From NCBI GenBank assembly GCA_014859205.1, contig JACUUR010000002.1, forward strand, positions 1-56,438: a DNA stretch of 56,438 bases, in the 5' to 3' direction. Made by a program: the position numbers and the translations under genes. Of this stretch, positions 10,455 to 18,458 are shown piece by piece. Source of the stretch: Dehalococcoidia bacterium (GTDB lineage Bacteria; Chloroflexota; Dehalococcoidia; GIF9; AB-539-J10). The notes beneath the pieces are model-generated. The model was given only the letters and a program-made list of their open reading frames with translations. It was not told the origin of the DNA and searched no databases. Position 1 is the stretch's first letter; every line of letters begins with the position of its first letter.

Positions 10455-10488
10455 TGGTATAATAATGATGTGTAGCCCCACATGTGGG
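10455..10488 (+). promoter_or_regulatory. Candidate extended -10 promoter (TGGTATAAT) followed by the perfect palindrome CCCACATGTGGG
   Basis: TGGTATAAT at 10455-10463. 12-nt palindrome at 10477-10488. Both lie about 85-115 nt upstream of the ATG at 10571. Confidence 0.3.
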
Positions 10489-10570
10489 CAGGCTGACTCC
10501 GCACAAGGGAGGGCCGGCAGACTCATGGAAGTGTTTCATCTTATTCCATGATGGACAACAGGAGGTAGTC

Positions 10571-13270
10571 ATGAGAAGGCGAAAGAGGCTACTGGCGGGT
10601 CTGGTCTCCGTGATTGTCATCTCGGCCTTTATCGTCCCGGCTCCGGTGCAGGTAGATTCATCAGGGCTGGCAGATAGTCCCTGGCCCAAGTTCCGTCACA
10701 ACCCTGAGAACACGGGCAGAAGCCCTTACTCCGGCCCGGCGGTGCCGGAACTCAGGTGGACATTCGGAACGGGCGATGAGATCAGGTCCTCACCCGCCAT
10801 TGGTGCCGACGGCGCCATATATGTCGGCTCCTATGATGGCAACCTCTACGCCGTGAACCCAGACGGCACCCAGAAGTGGAGTTTCACCACCGCAGGACCC
10901 GTCGCCTCCTCTCCCGCCGTCGGCGTTGACGGCACTATATATGTAGGCTCGGACGGCAACAGCCTTTATGCCATAAACCCCGACGGTACCCAGAAGTGGA
11001 GTTTCCCCACAGGCGGCGCCGTGGGCTCCTCACCGGCCATCGCTGCAGCCGGTACGGTCTATTTCGGCTCAGAGGACAATATGCTCTATGCCATAGACCC
11101 GGACGGCACCCAGAAGTGGTCCTTCGCTACCGAGGACGCTGTCCGGTCTTCACCCGCCGTCGCTGCAGATGGCACCGTATATGTCGGCTCCGACGATCAC
11201 AAGCTCTACGCGATCGACCCTGATGGTACTGAACGTTGGACCTTCAACGCGACAGAGGCCGTTGCCTCCTCGCCCGCCATCACCGCCGATGGCGCCGTCT
11301 GTGTCGGGTCCTACGACGGTATCCTGTATGCCATACAGCCGGATGGCAGTGAGAAGTGGACCCTGGCCACGACATGGCCTATCTACTCCTCTCCCGCCAT
11401 AGGCGCCGACGGCACCGTCTATGTCGGCTCCGTTAACGGCAGGCTCTACGCCTTAGACCCCGATGGCACCCAGAGGTGGAGCTTCAATACGGGAGCATCG
11501 ATATACTCGTCGCCCGCCATCGAGGCTGACGGGACCATATACGTGGGCTCGTTTGACGGTTATCTCTATGCCATCAACACAGACGGTACCCAGAACTGGA
11601 GTTTCAACATAGGATCGCCCATCTACTCCTCGCCTGCGGTCGGGCATGACGGCACCATCTACGCGGGGGCACTGGACGGTCAGCTGTATGCGATTGCCCA
11701 GGCGGAACCGGTCTCTTTTCCAGATCCGAACCTTGAAGCAGCCATTCGTGAGGCAATAGGCAAGCCCACCGGCGATATCTATGACCAGGACCTGCAAGGG
11801 CTGACGGGCCTCACCGCCAGGAACAGGAGCATCACGAATCTGACCGGACTGGATCGGGTCAGCAACCTGGCAGTGTTAGACCTTGCCGACAACCAGATTG
11901 TCGATATATCGGCGCTGGCAGAACTGACCGGCCTGACAGACTTGAGTCTTGCCGGAAACCAGATCAGCAATGTATCACCCCTGGCGGAGCTAACCGGCCT
12001 GACAGAGTTGGACCTCGCCAGGAACCAGATAGACGACATCTCGGCCCTGGCCGATCTGACCAGCCTGACAGAGTTGCACCTGGCCACGAACCAGATAGAC
12101 GATATATCAGCCCTGGCCGGTCTCATCAGCCTGACGGTGCTGTCTCTCTGGGCAAACCAGATAAGTGATGTGTCGCCGCTGACAGAACTGACCGATCTGA
12201 CAGGGCTCAGTCTTTCTCAGAATCAGATAGCCGATATATCACCCCTTGCGGAACTGACTGCTCTCACTCAGCTGAACCTCGCGGAGAACCGGATAGCCGA
12301 TATATCCGCGCTGGCCGACCTCACAGGCCTGACAAAGCTGAATCTTGAAGAGAACGAGGTTAGCCAGATACAGGCGGTTGCCGGCCTGACCTCCCTCACG
12401 GAGTTGAACCTGTCCACGAACCAGATAAGCAGCATATCGCCGGTGGCCAGCCTAACAAGCATGATGGTACTGGATCTGTCGTGGAACCGGATCGGCAGCA
12501 TATCCGCACTAGCCGGACTCACCAGCCTGTCAGATCTAGATCTCTCTAGAAACCAGATCAACGACATATCGCCCCTGGCCGACCTCACCGGTCTCACCAA
12601 GCTGGATCTCGGGAGAAACCAGATAAGCGACATGTCACCGCTGGGCAACCTCACCGACCTGGCATGGCTGAGGCTCCGGTGGAATGAGATAAGGGACATT
12701 TCGGTGGCAGTCAACCTCACCAGCCTGTCATATCTAGACCTTTCACTGAACCCGATAAGCGATGTTGCGCCTCTCGTGGATAACGTCGGGTTGGGCGTGG
12801 GCGATATCATCGACGTGAGCTACAATCCATTGAGTGCGGATTCACTCAACACCCATATTCCTGCGCTCCGCGCCAGAGGCGTAACCGTGATCTACGACTA
12901 TGAATCGCCCGGGCCCAGTATATGCTTCATCGCCACCGCCGCCTACGGCACCCCGATGGCCGAGGAGATACAGGTTCTGCGCGAATTCAGAGACACATGC
13001 CTGCTAACCAACCAGCCGGGGAGGACCCTCGTCGCGCTCTACTACGCTATGAGTCCGCCGGTAGCTGAGCTCATAACCGAGCATCCAGTCATGAAGCCGG
13101 TAGTACGGGCCGGGCTTCGGCCCGTAGTGCTCGTGAGCCAGATGGTCGTCAACGCCGATCCGCTCTCAAGACCGGCACTTGTCGGGCTAGGAGGGCTGCT
13201 GGTGGTGCTTGTTCCGCTGGCTCTTGCTGCCCAGGCAATCAGGCCCCGAGGCAAGCCCAGGGCAACCTGA
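10571..13270 (+). CDS. Secreted or anchored protein: signal peptide, 8-blade PQQ/BamB-like beta-propeller, 15 leucine-rich repeats, CFIATAAYG-containing C-terminal module with TM helix
   Basis: ATG at 10571 is preceded by AGGAGG and encodes MRRRKRLLAGLVSVIVISAFIVPAPVQV. Eight ~40-aa repeats (SSPAxGADGTIYVGSxDGxLYAIxPDGTQKWSF). Fifteen 22-aa LRRs (LTxLxLxxNQIxDISxLAxLTx). C-terminus is CFIATAAYGTPMAEEIQVLREFRD ... hydrophobic LVGLGGLLVVLVPLALAA. Confidence 0.85.
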   Translation: MRRRKRLLAGLVSVIVISAFIVPAPVQVDSSGLADSPWPKFRHNPENTGRSPYSGPAVPELRWTFGTGDEIRSSPAIGADGAIYVGSYDGNLYAVNPDGTQKWSFTTAGPVASSPAVGVDGTIYVGSDGNSLYAINPDGTQKWSFPTGGAVGSSPAIAAAGTVYFGSEDNMLYAIDPDGTQKWSFATEDAVRSSPAVAADGTVYVGSDDHKLYAIDPDGTERWTFNATEAVASSPAITADGAVCVGSYDGILYAIQPDGSEKWTLATTWPIYSSPAIGADGTVYVGSVNGRLYALDPDGTQRWSFNTGASIYSSPAIEADGTIYVGSFDGYLYAINTDGTQNWSFNIGSPIYSSPAVGHDGTIYAGALDGQLYAIAQAEPVSFPDPNLEAAIREAIGKPTGDIYDQDLQGLTGLTARNRSITNLTGLDRVSNLAVLDLADNQIVDISALAELTGLTDLSLAGNQISNVSPLAELTGLTELDLARNQIDDISALADLTSLTELHLATNQIDDISALAGLISLTVLSLWANQISDVSPLTELTDLTGLSLSQNQIADISPLAELTALTQLNLAENRIADISALADLTGLTKLNLEENEVSQIQAVAGLTSLTELNLSTNQISSISPVASLTSMMVLDLSWNRIGSISALAGLTSLSDLDLSRNQINDISPLADLTGLTKLDLGRNQISDMSPLGNLTDLAWLRLRWNEIRDISVAVNLTSLSYLDLSLNPISDVAPLVDNVGLGVGDIIDVSYNPLSADSLNTHIPALRARGVTVIYDYESPGPSICFIATAAYGTPMAEEIQVLREFRDTCLLTNQPGRTLVALYYAMSPPVAELITEHPVMKPVVRAGLRPVVLVSQMVVNADPLSRPALVGLGGLLVVLVPLALAAQAIRPRGKPRAT
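10751..11695 (+). repeat. Eight in-frame ~120-nt coding repeats (propeller blades)
   Basis: Periodic recurrence of GACGGCACCCAGAAGTGGAG-type strings and of the peptide repeat DGTQKWSF. Confidence 0.8.
11801..12775 (+). repeat. Fifteen in-frame 66-nt coding repeats (22-aa internalin-type LRRs)
   Basis: Recurring CTGACxGAGTTGxACCTxGCCxxGAACCAGATAxxCGAxATATC units. All are in one reading frame. Confidence 0.8.
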
Positions 13271-13352
13271 GCATTTGACTTCGGGCTCCTGAAAAGCTAA
13301 GCTATTGGCCGTTATCGCCGTGTGTGCCGCACCACCTGAAAGCTCAAAGATA

Positions 13353-14048
13353 ATGACCAGACCCGCTCACGTCATGGTCGTCACACCCCATCCCGATGAT
13401 GCTGAATTCGGCGTCGCCGGTACCGTTGTCCGCTGGACAAGCGAAGGCAGGGAGGTTGTCTACGTGGTGGCCACCAACGGCGACAAGGGTAGCAACGACC
13501 CCGATGTGAGGCCTGAGGAACTGGCCGCCATAAGAGAGCAGGAACAACTAGCGGCTGCAAAACTGCTGGGGGTAAGAGAGGTCATCTTCCTCAGACATCC
13601 CGACCAGTCGCTGGAGGACACGCATGAGTTCAGGAAGGAGATCGTCCGCCTGATAAGGATGTACAGGCCCGAGACGATTGTCACCGCCGACCTGTACCGA
13701 CGCCGCGTATGGCATCGCGACCACCGCATCACCAGCCAGGTAACGCTGGACGCGGTCTACCCCTATGCCAGGAATTCGCCCTCCTACCCCGAGTTGCTCC
13801 AGGAAGGGCTGCAGCCCCATAGTGTTAAAGAGGTATTGCTGTGGGGCGCCGAGGAGCCCAATTACCGCACCGATATCACCGCCACCTTTGACACCAAGAT
13901 CGCTGCGCTGCGCTGTCACAAGAGCCAGCTAAGCGACAACCCCTCGTCACGATGGCCGGAACGGCTCAGAGAACGGCACCAGATGCTGGCGGAGGGCGAG
14001 GATTATGAACTGGCCGAAGCTTTCTACAGGATTGAGATACCGTGGTGA
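13353..14048 (+). CDS. PIG-L/LmbE family N-acetylglucosaminyl deacetylase
   Basis: VMVVTPHPDDAEFGVAGT metal-binding motif and a downstream HRDH. ATG at 13353 gives the usual short N-terminus. Confidence 0.8.
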   Translation: MTRPAHVMVVTPHPDDAEFGVAGTVVRWTSEGREVVYVVATNGDKGSNDPDVRPEELAAIREQEQLAAAKLLGVREVIFLRHPDQSLEDTHEFRKEIVRLIRMYRPETIVTADLYRRRVWHRDHRITSQVTLDAVYPYARNSPSYPELLQEGLQPHSVKEVLLWGAEEPNYRTDITATFDTKIAALRCHKSQLSDNPSSRWPERLRERHQMLAEGEDYELAEAFYRIEIPW

Positions 14049-14115
14049 TGCGGGCCACAGCATGCGGGCAGTATAGAATGCTCCGCAACAAGATTGAGAA
14101 CGCTTCCCGCACATG

Positions 14116-14979
14116 CTAGGTCACGTCTGCCAGGGCCCTATGTAACTGACTGAGAGCCCAGGAATTCTGCTCCAGGTCAAAGCCATCCACCGCGGTCCGT
14201 CTCTGTCCCGAGACCCCATCCACGGCACCTCTAGCTACGATTCGTTGGATAATCTCCTCTTCCCATTCAATCGAGGGCAACAGATTGCGCCTGATCAGCC
14301 TTGACAGTGCGGCCACCAGTCCATACCCTCCCCAGTTGGATACGGAAGCGATGACCAACCTTTCGACCGTGGTCAGGGCGGGCTCGCGCGGCAGGGTCTT
14401 AACTGCCTTCACGTGTTGAGCCAGATTGCCCATGCCGATCTCGTTGCCGCCGTCGCCTATGCCCAGAGTGTTCCGCTGCCCCAGGAAGAGGTGGTCGATC
14501 CTGGCGGTGTACTCGGTTATGTCCTCGCCGGCCATATTCAGGTACTGCCCGCTGCCGTTAAGCCCGGGCCTCTCTATTGAAACGAGGAGGCAGGGTCGGA
14601 TTTCAGCCAGGACTTCCCTGGCGAACCTCTGGCTGGAGTCATGGTCGGCTATAGGGAAATCGACCACCCTGTCATCTCCCACGATGTCAGGCGAGAACAG
14701 GGGCAGGGTGCGCCTATCGGTAACGTAGACTACCTCCAGGCCCAATCGGTGCAGCGCTCCGCCTACGGCCAGCGCGCCCGGCGGACCGTCGGTCTCCGGA
14801 GCCCCGGAACGGGGTACGTAGAAGCCGGTGGTTATCATCACCGGCCCCTGGCCCGCCTTCGCCCTCTCGAGAGCAAATGCGGCCGCCTGATGACAGTAAT
14901 CGGCAGGAAGGTAGTCCCTGAGGGCCGATATGCCCCTACGGTCGTGACTGAGGATTATGTCCTCTACTAACATGGCCAT
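14116..14979 (-). CDS. DUF4392 protein (C-terminal-half homologue of D-glutamate cyclase)
   Basis: 287 aa. TGFYVPRSGAPETDGPPGA and IGDGGNEIGMGN motifs are characteristic of DUF4392. Confidence 0.65.
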   Translation of the reverse strand: MAMLVEDIILSHDRRGISALRDYLPADYCHQAAAFALERAKAGQGPVMITTGFYVPRSGAPETDGPPGALAVGGALHRLGLEVVYVTDRRTLPLFSPDIVGDDRVVDFPIADHDSSQRFAREVLAEIRPCLLVSIERPGLNGSGQYLNMAGEDITEYTARIDHLFLGQRNTLGIGDGGNEIGMGNLAQHVKAVKTLPREPALTTVERLVIASVSNWGGYGLVAALSRLIRRNLLPSIEWEEEIIQRIVARGAVDGVSGQRRTAVDGFDLEQNSWALSQLHRALADVT

Positions 14980-15054
14980 CTACTTACGGAGGGCTGCTTT
15001 CCAGCCCTGACCTCCCGGTTGTCCTCACAATCCGCGAACTGCGGTCAGGGCCAA

Positions 15055-16005
15055 CTAACTGTCTTGCCCCAGGCACTGCCTCAGGTCGTCCAGGGTGTGC
15101 TCGTATTCCCTCCGCAACCGGTAGGCCTCCTGCTGTGTAACCTCCGTGAACCTCACGATACGTCCCGTCTCGGCTTGGGCGAGTCCGGGCAGGTCAACTG
15201 TACAGACGGTCGCGATCTTGGCATAGCCCCCCGTGGTCTGCCGGTCGGCCAGAAGGATTATGGGCAGCCCGTCTCCCGGCACCTGCACCGCTCCCGGCGG
15301 AATACCGTCGGACACGATGTCCGCTCCAGACTTATGCTCTATGGGCGGCCCCTCCATTCGAAAGCCCATGCGGTCGGCCTGGACCGACAGCGAATACTCG
15401 GACTCCAGGAAGGTGCGGATACCGTGCTCGGTGAAGTAGTCGTCCTGTGGACCGAGCACGACCCGTAGCTCCTTGTGGGCCTGACACTGCGGAATGTACC
15501 GAGGCGGCAGTCTTCGCCGCGGCGTTTTCGCGAAAACCGGTCCACCGTGTAGCCGGTCTCCTGCCAGCAGAGCCCTCCCCCCCAAGCCGCCCAGACGCGA
15601 CCTGATATAGGTGGACCTGCTGCCCATGACTTCGGGGACATCTATCCCGCCGGCTACGGCCAGATAGCTCCGGCACCCACTCACCGGGTGGCCAAATGAG
15701 ACGGTGTCGCCGGCATGGACCTCTACCGCCTGCCACATGGGAAGCGGGTCCTCGTTCAAGGCAGGACTGAGATCAGCGCCCGTAACAGCCACCGCCGTAT
15801 CGGCAAGGACGCGCAAGCGGGGCCCCAGCAGCGTGACCTCCAGGCAGGCTGCGCCTTCTTCGTTGGTCAACAGCAGATTGGCTACGATGAGTGCATAGCT
15901 ATCCATAGCCCCCGAGACAGGCACTCCATACTGCTGATAACCATGCCGGCCTCCGTCCTGAACGGTGGTTAGAAAGCCGGGCTGAACTACCTCAAATATC
16001 TCCAA
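15055..16005 (-). CDS. pxpC: 5-oxoprolinase subunit C (KipA / allophanate hydrolase subunit 2 family)
   Basis: 316 aa. FLTTVQDGGRHGYQQYGVPVSGAMD N-terminus and GGYAKIATV motif. Overlaps pxpB by 14 nt. Confidence 0.85.
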   Translation of the reverse strand: MEIFEVVQPGFLTTVQDGGRHGYQQYGVPVSGAMDSYALIVANLLLTNEEGAACLEVTLLGPRLRVLADTAVAVTGADLSPALNEDPLPMWQAVEVHAGDTVSFGHPVSGCRSYLAVAGGIDVPEVMGSRSTYIRSRLGGLGGRALLAGDRLHGGPVFAKTPRRRLPPRYIPQCQAHKELRVVLGPQDDYFTEHGIRTFLESEYSLSVQADRMGFRMEGPPIEHKSGADIVSDGIPPGAVQVPGDGLPIILLADRQTTGGYAKIATVCTVDLPGLAQAETGRIVRFTEVTQQEAYRLRREYEHTLDDLRQCLGQDS

Positions 16006-16747
16006 CCTGCCCCTCCGGTCTCAACGACGTCTTCTTCGCCAGGTAGGCCCCCTGCTCCACCTGCTCCTGTATGTCTGTGAACTCCTGAGCAGTCACGGGC
16101 ACAAACCTCACATAGTCGCCCATGCGCAACAGGGCCGGGGGCTCCTTCAGGGGATGAAACAACTGCAGGGGAGTTCTGCCGATGAGCCGCCAGCCTCCGG
16201 GGCTCTCCGTCGGGTATATGCCGGTCTGGTCTCCGGCTATTCCGACCGACCCGGCCGGTATCTTCGCCCGCGGCGTTGCCAGCCTCGGGGTGGCTATGCG
16301 CGAAGACATACCCCCTAGATAGGCAAAGCCCGGAATAAAGCCCAGCATGTAGATCAGATAAGCCCTGTCCGAATGAAGACGGACCACCTCATCCCGGGGG
16401 AGTCCATTATGCCGGGCCACGAAGCCCAGGTCTGGACCGTATTCGCCGCCATAGGCAACGGGAATGTCAGTCACCGCTGGCTGGGGCACCCGACCACTCT
16501 CCGCATCGCAGGCCAGAGCTTCCAGCTGGGACCTCACCTCTGAAGGGCTTGCCCGCAGCGGCCGATAGTAGACCAGCAGCGAGCGATAGGTGGGAACCGT
16601 CTCCACCAACCACGGCGGCCCGGCCTTCTGTATGGCAAGCTGACACTGCCTGACCCGGCGGTTCAGTTCAGGGTCAATGGCGTTCCCGAACTCGACGTAC
16701 AGGGCGCCGTCTCCGCCCGGTAGAAAACGCGGTCTCTCATAAATCAT
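15992..16747 (-). CDS. pxpB: 5-oxoprolinase subunit B (KipI / allophanate hydrolase subunit 1 family)
   Basis: 251 aa. GDGALYVEFG, VPTYRSLLVYY and GFIPGFAYLG motifs. Confidence 0.85.
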   Translation of the reverse strand: MIYERPRFLPGGDGALYVEFGNAIDPELNRRVRQCQLAIQKAGPPWLVETVPTYRSLLVYYRPLRASPSEVRSQLEALACDAESGRVPQPAVTDIPVAYGGEYGPDLGFVARHNGLPRDEVVRLHSDRAYLIYMLGFIPGFAYLGGMSSRIATPRLATPRAKIPAGSVGIAGDQTGIYPTESPGGWRLIGRTPLQLFHPLKEPPALLRMGDYVRFVPVTAQEFTDIQEQVEQGAYLAKKTSLRPEGQVGDI

Positions 16748-16763
16748 GGCCCGGTATCGGGTT

Positions 16764-17531
16764 CTACAGACAGAGGCTACCCATGGGCACTATGGTCACG
16801 CCGGCTGCCTCCAGTCGCTGCCGCAAGGTTCGCGCTAGTTCTGCCGCTCCCGGCGTATCGCCGTGCAGGCAGATGGTGTCTGCCGGCATCTCAACCTCCT
16901 CGCCGGTTATGGCTGTCACTCTGCCTTCAGTCACCAACCTCACGACCCTGGCCATCACATCCTCCATTTCATGGATCACCGCCCCACGAACGCTACGTGG
17001 CACGAGGGTGCCGTCGGTGTTCACCGCCCGGTCGGCAAAGGCCTCGCGGGCCACCCTTAAGCCCAGATCCCGGCCTGCCCTGATCCAAGCCGAGCCCGCC
17101 ATGCCCACCAGAATCAGGTCGGGGTCGGCGTCTCTCACCGCCCCGGCCACCGCTCTGGCCAGTTCCTCATTCCTGGCACCCATGTTATACAGAGCACCAT
17201 GGGGTTTGACATGCTGGAGCTTCTTTGCAGCGGTGAAGCACTGAAGAGCACCTATCTGGTAGGTGACGTAGTCCCTGACCTCGTCAGGACTGACCATCAT
17301 CTCTCTCCGTCCGAAGCCAATGATGTCGGCAAGCCCGGGATGAGCGCCGATGGCCACGCCGGCCGCCTCAGCCAGGCGCACCGTCCGCCTCATGTACATC
17401 GGATCGCCGGCATGAAAACCGCAGGCGATGTTTGCTGAAGATATAAATGGCATGATCTCTTCATCAAAGCCCAGCCTGTAGATCCCGAAGCCTTCGCCTA
17501 TATCACAGTTCACATCGAGTTTCCTGTCCAT
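16764..17531 (-). CDS. pxpA: 5-oxoprolinase subunit A (LamB/YcsF family)
   Basis: Starts MDRKLDVNCDIGEGFG with GAGGGAG upstream. The track ORF start at 17651 is a spurious extension. ACGFHAGDP motif present. Confidence 0.85.
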   Translation of the reverse strand: MDRKLDVNCDIGEGFGIYRLGFDEEIMPFISSANIACGFHAGDPMYMRRTVRLAEAAGVAIGAHPGLADIIGFGRREMMVSPDEVRDYVTYQIGALQCFTAAKKLQHVKPHGALYNMGARNEELARAVAGAVRDADPDLILVGMAGSAWIRAGRDLGLRVAREAFADRAVNTDGTLVPRSVRGAVIHEMEDVMARVVRLVTEGRVTAITGEEVEMPADTICLHGDTPGAAELARTLRQRLEAAGVTIVPMGSLCL

Positions 17532-17592
17532 CCGTGTTCTCCCTCTGAAGGTAAGCGCCCGCCAGGAAGTCAGAGCCTGAACGGGTAGCCTG

Positions 17593-18372
17593 CTAGAAAG
17601 CAGCCAGGTCCTCATCCAGAATATCGGTGACAAACATGTGCCCCGGCGCATGAGTTATCATCAGCCGGGGCCTGGACCTTAAGGCCGCGGCCTGGGAGGT
17701 CACGCCGCACGCCCAGAACACAGGAACCTCATCCTCCCCAATCTCCACATAATCCCCGTAGTCCGGACGTCTGATATCCCTGATGCCGATCCTGTCGGGA
17801 TCGCCCATATGCAGCGGGGCCCCATGGGCCTGCGGAAATCGGGAAGTTATCTGAACGCACCTCACCAGTTTCGACTCCTGAATCGGTCTCATGCTCACAA
17901 CCACGGGACCGGAGAACACGCCCGCCGGCCTGGCCTCGAGGCTGCTCACGTACATGGCCACATTCTTCCCCTGCTCGATGTGCCGCAAGCGTATCGCGGC
18001 TCTTGTCAAGGCTGACTCAAAGGTAAAACTGCAGCCCAGCAGAAAGCAGACCAGGCCATCGCTCCAGTAGTCCATGGCATCCCCGGCCTCGCACAGCAGT
18101 TCACCGTTTCTGTAGACTCGGTATAAGGGCAGGTCGGTTCTGAGGTCAGCGCCTCTAGCCGTCCACGTCGGCTCGTATCCCCCGGCTTCGGTGACCTCCA
18201 GCACCGGGCAGGGCCCGGGATTGCGCTGGCAGAAGAGCAGGAAATCAAAGGCCAGGTCCTGAGGCAGCATGACCAGGTTGGCCTGTGCATACCCCGGAAC
18301 CAGGCCACTGGTGGGCCGAACCAGCTCACCCCGCCGGATAAGGGCCCTCACTTCCTGGGGCGTTTCGCACAT
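17593..18372 (-). CDS. DUF1445 putative hydro-lyase (N-terminal-half homologue of D-glutamate cyclase; YcsI-like)
   Basis: 259 aa. PTSGLVPGYAQANLVMLP and FLLFCQRNPGPCPVLEV motifs are typical of UPF0317/DUF1445. Confidence 0.75.
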   Translation of the reverse strand: MCETPQEVRALIRRGELVRPTSGLVPGYAQANLVMLPQDLAFDFLLFCQRNPGPCPVLEVTEAGGYEPTWTARGADLRTDLPLYRVYRNGELLCEAGDAMDYWSDGLVCFLLGCSFTFESALTRAAIRLRHIEQGKNVAMYVSSLEARPAGVFSGPVVVSMRPIQESKLVRCVQITSRFPQAHGAPLHMGDPDRIGIRDIRRPDYGDYVEIGEDEVPVFWACGVTSQAAALRSRPRLMITHAPGHMFVTDILDEDLAAF

Positions 18373-18458
18373 AGGGACGATCAGTTGCCGACCTCCACCT
18401 CCAGCACCGCCGTCGCCAGTTCAAGCCAGCACCGGTATGATACTACACGGCATCCATG

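Noticed and set aside
11801-12775. Strict 66-nt periodicity, which could be mistaken for a CRISPR array or non-coding tandem repeat
   Set aside because: The repeats are in frame, imperfect, contiguous with no unique spacers, and translate to canonical 22-aa LRRs inside one long ORF.
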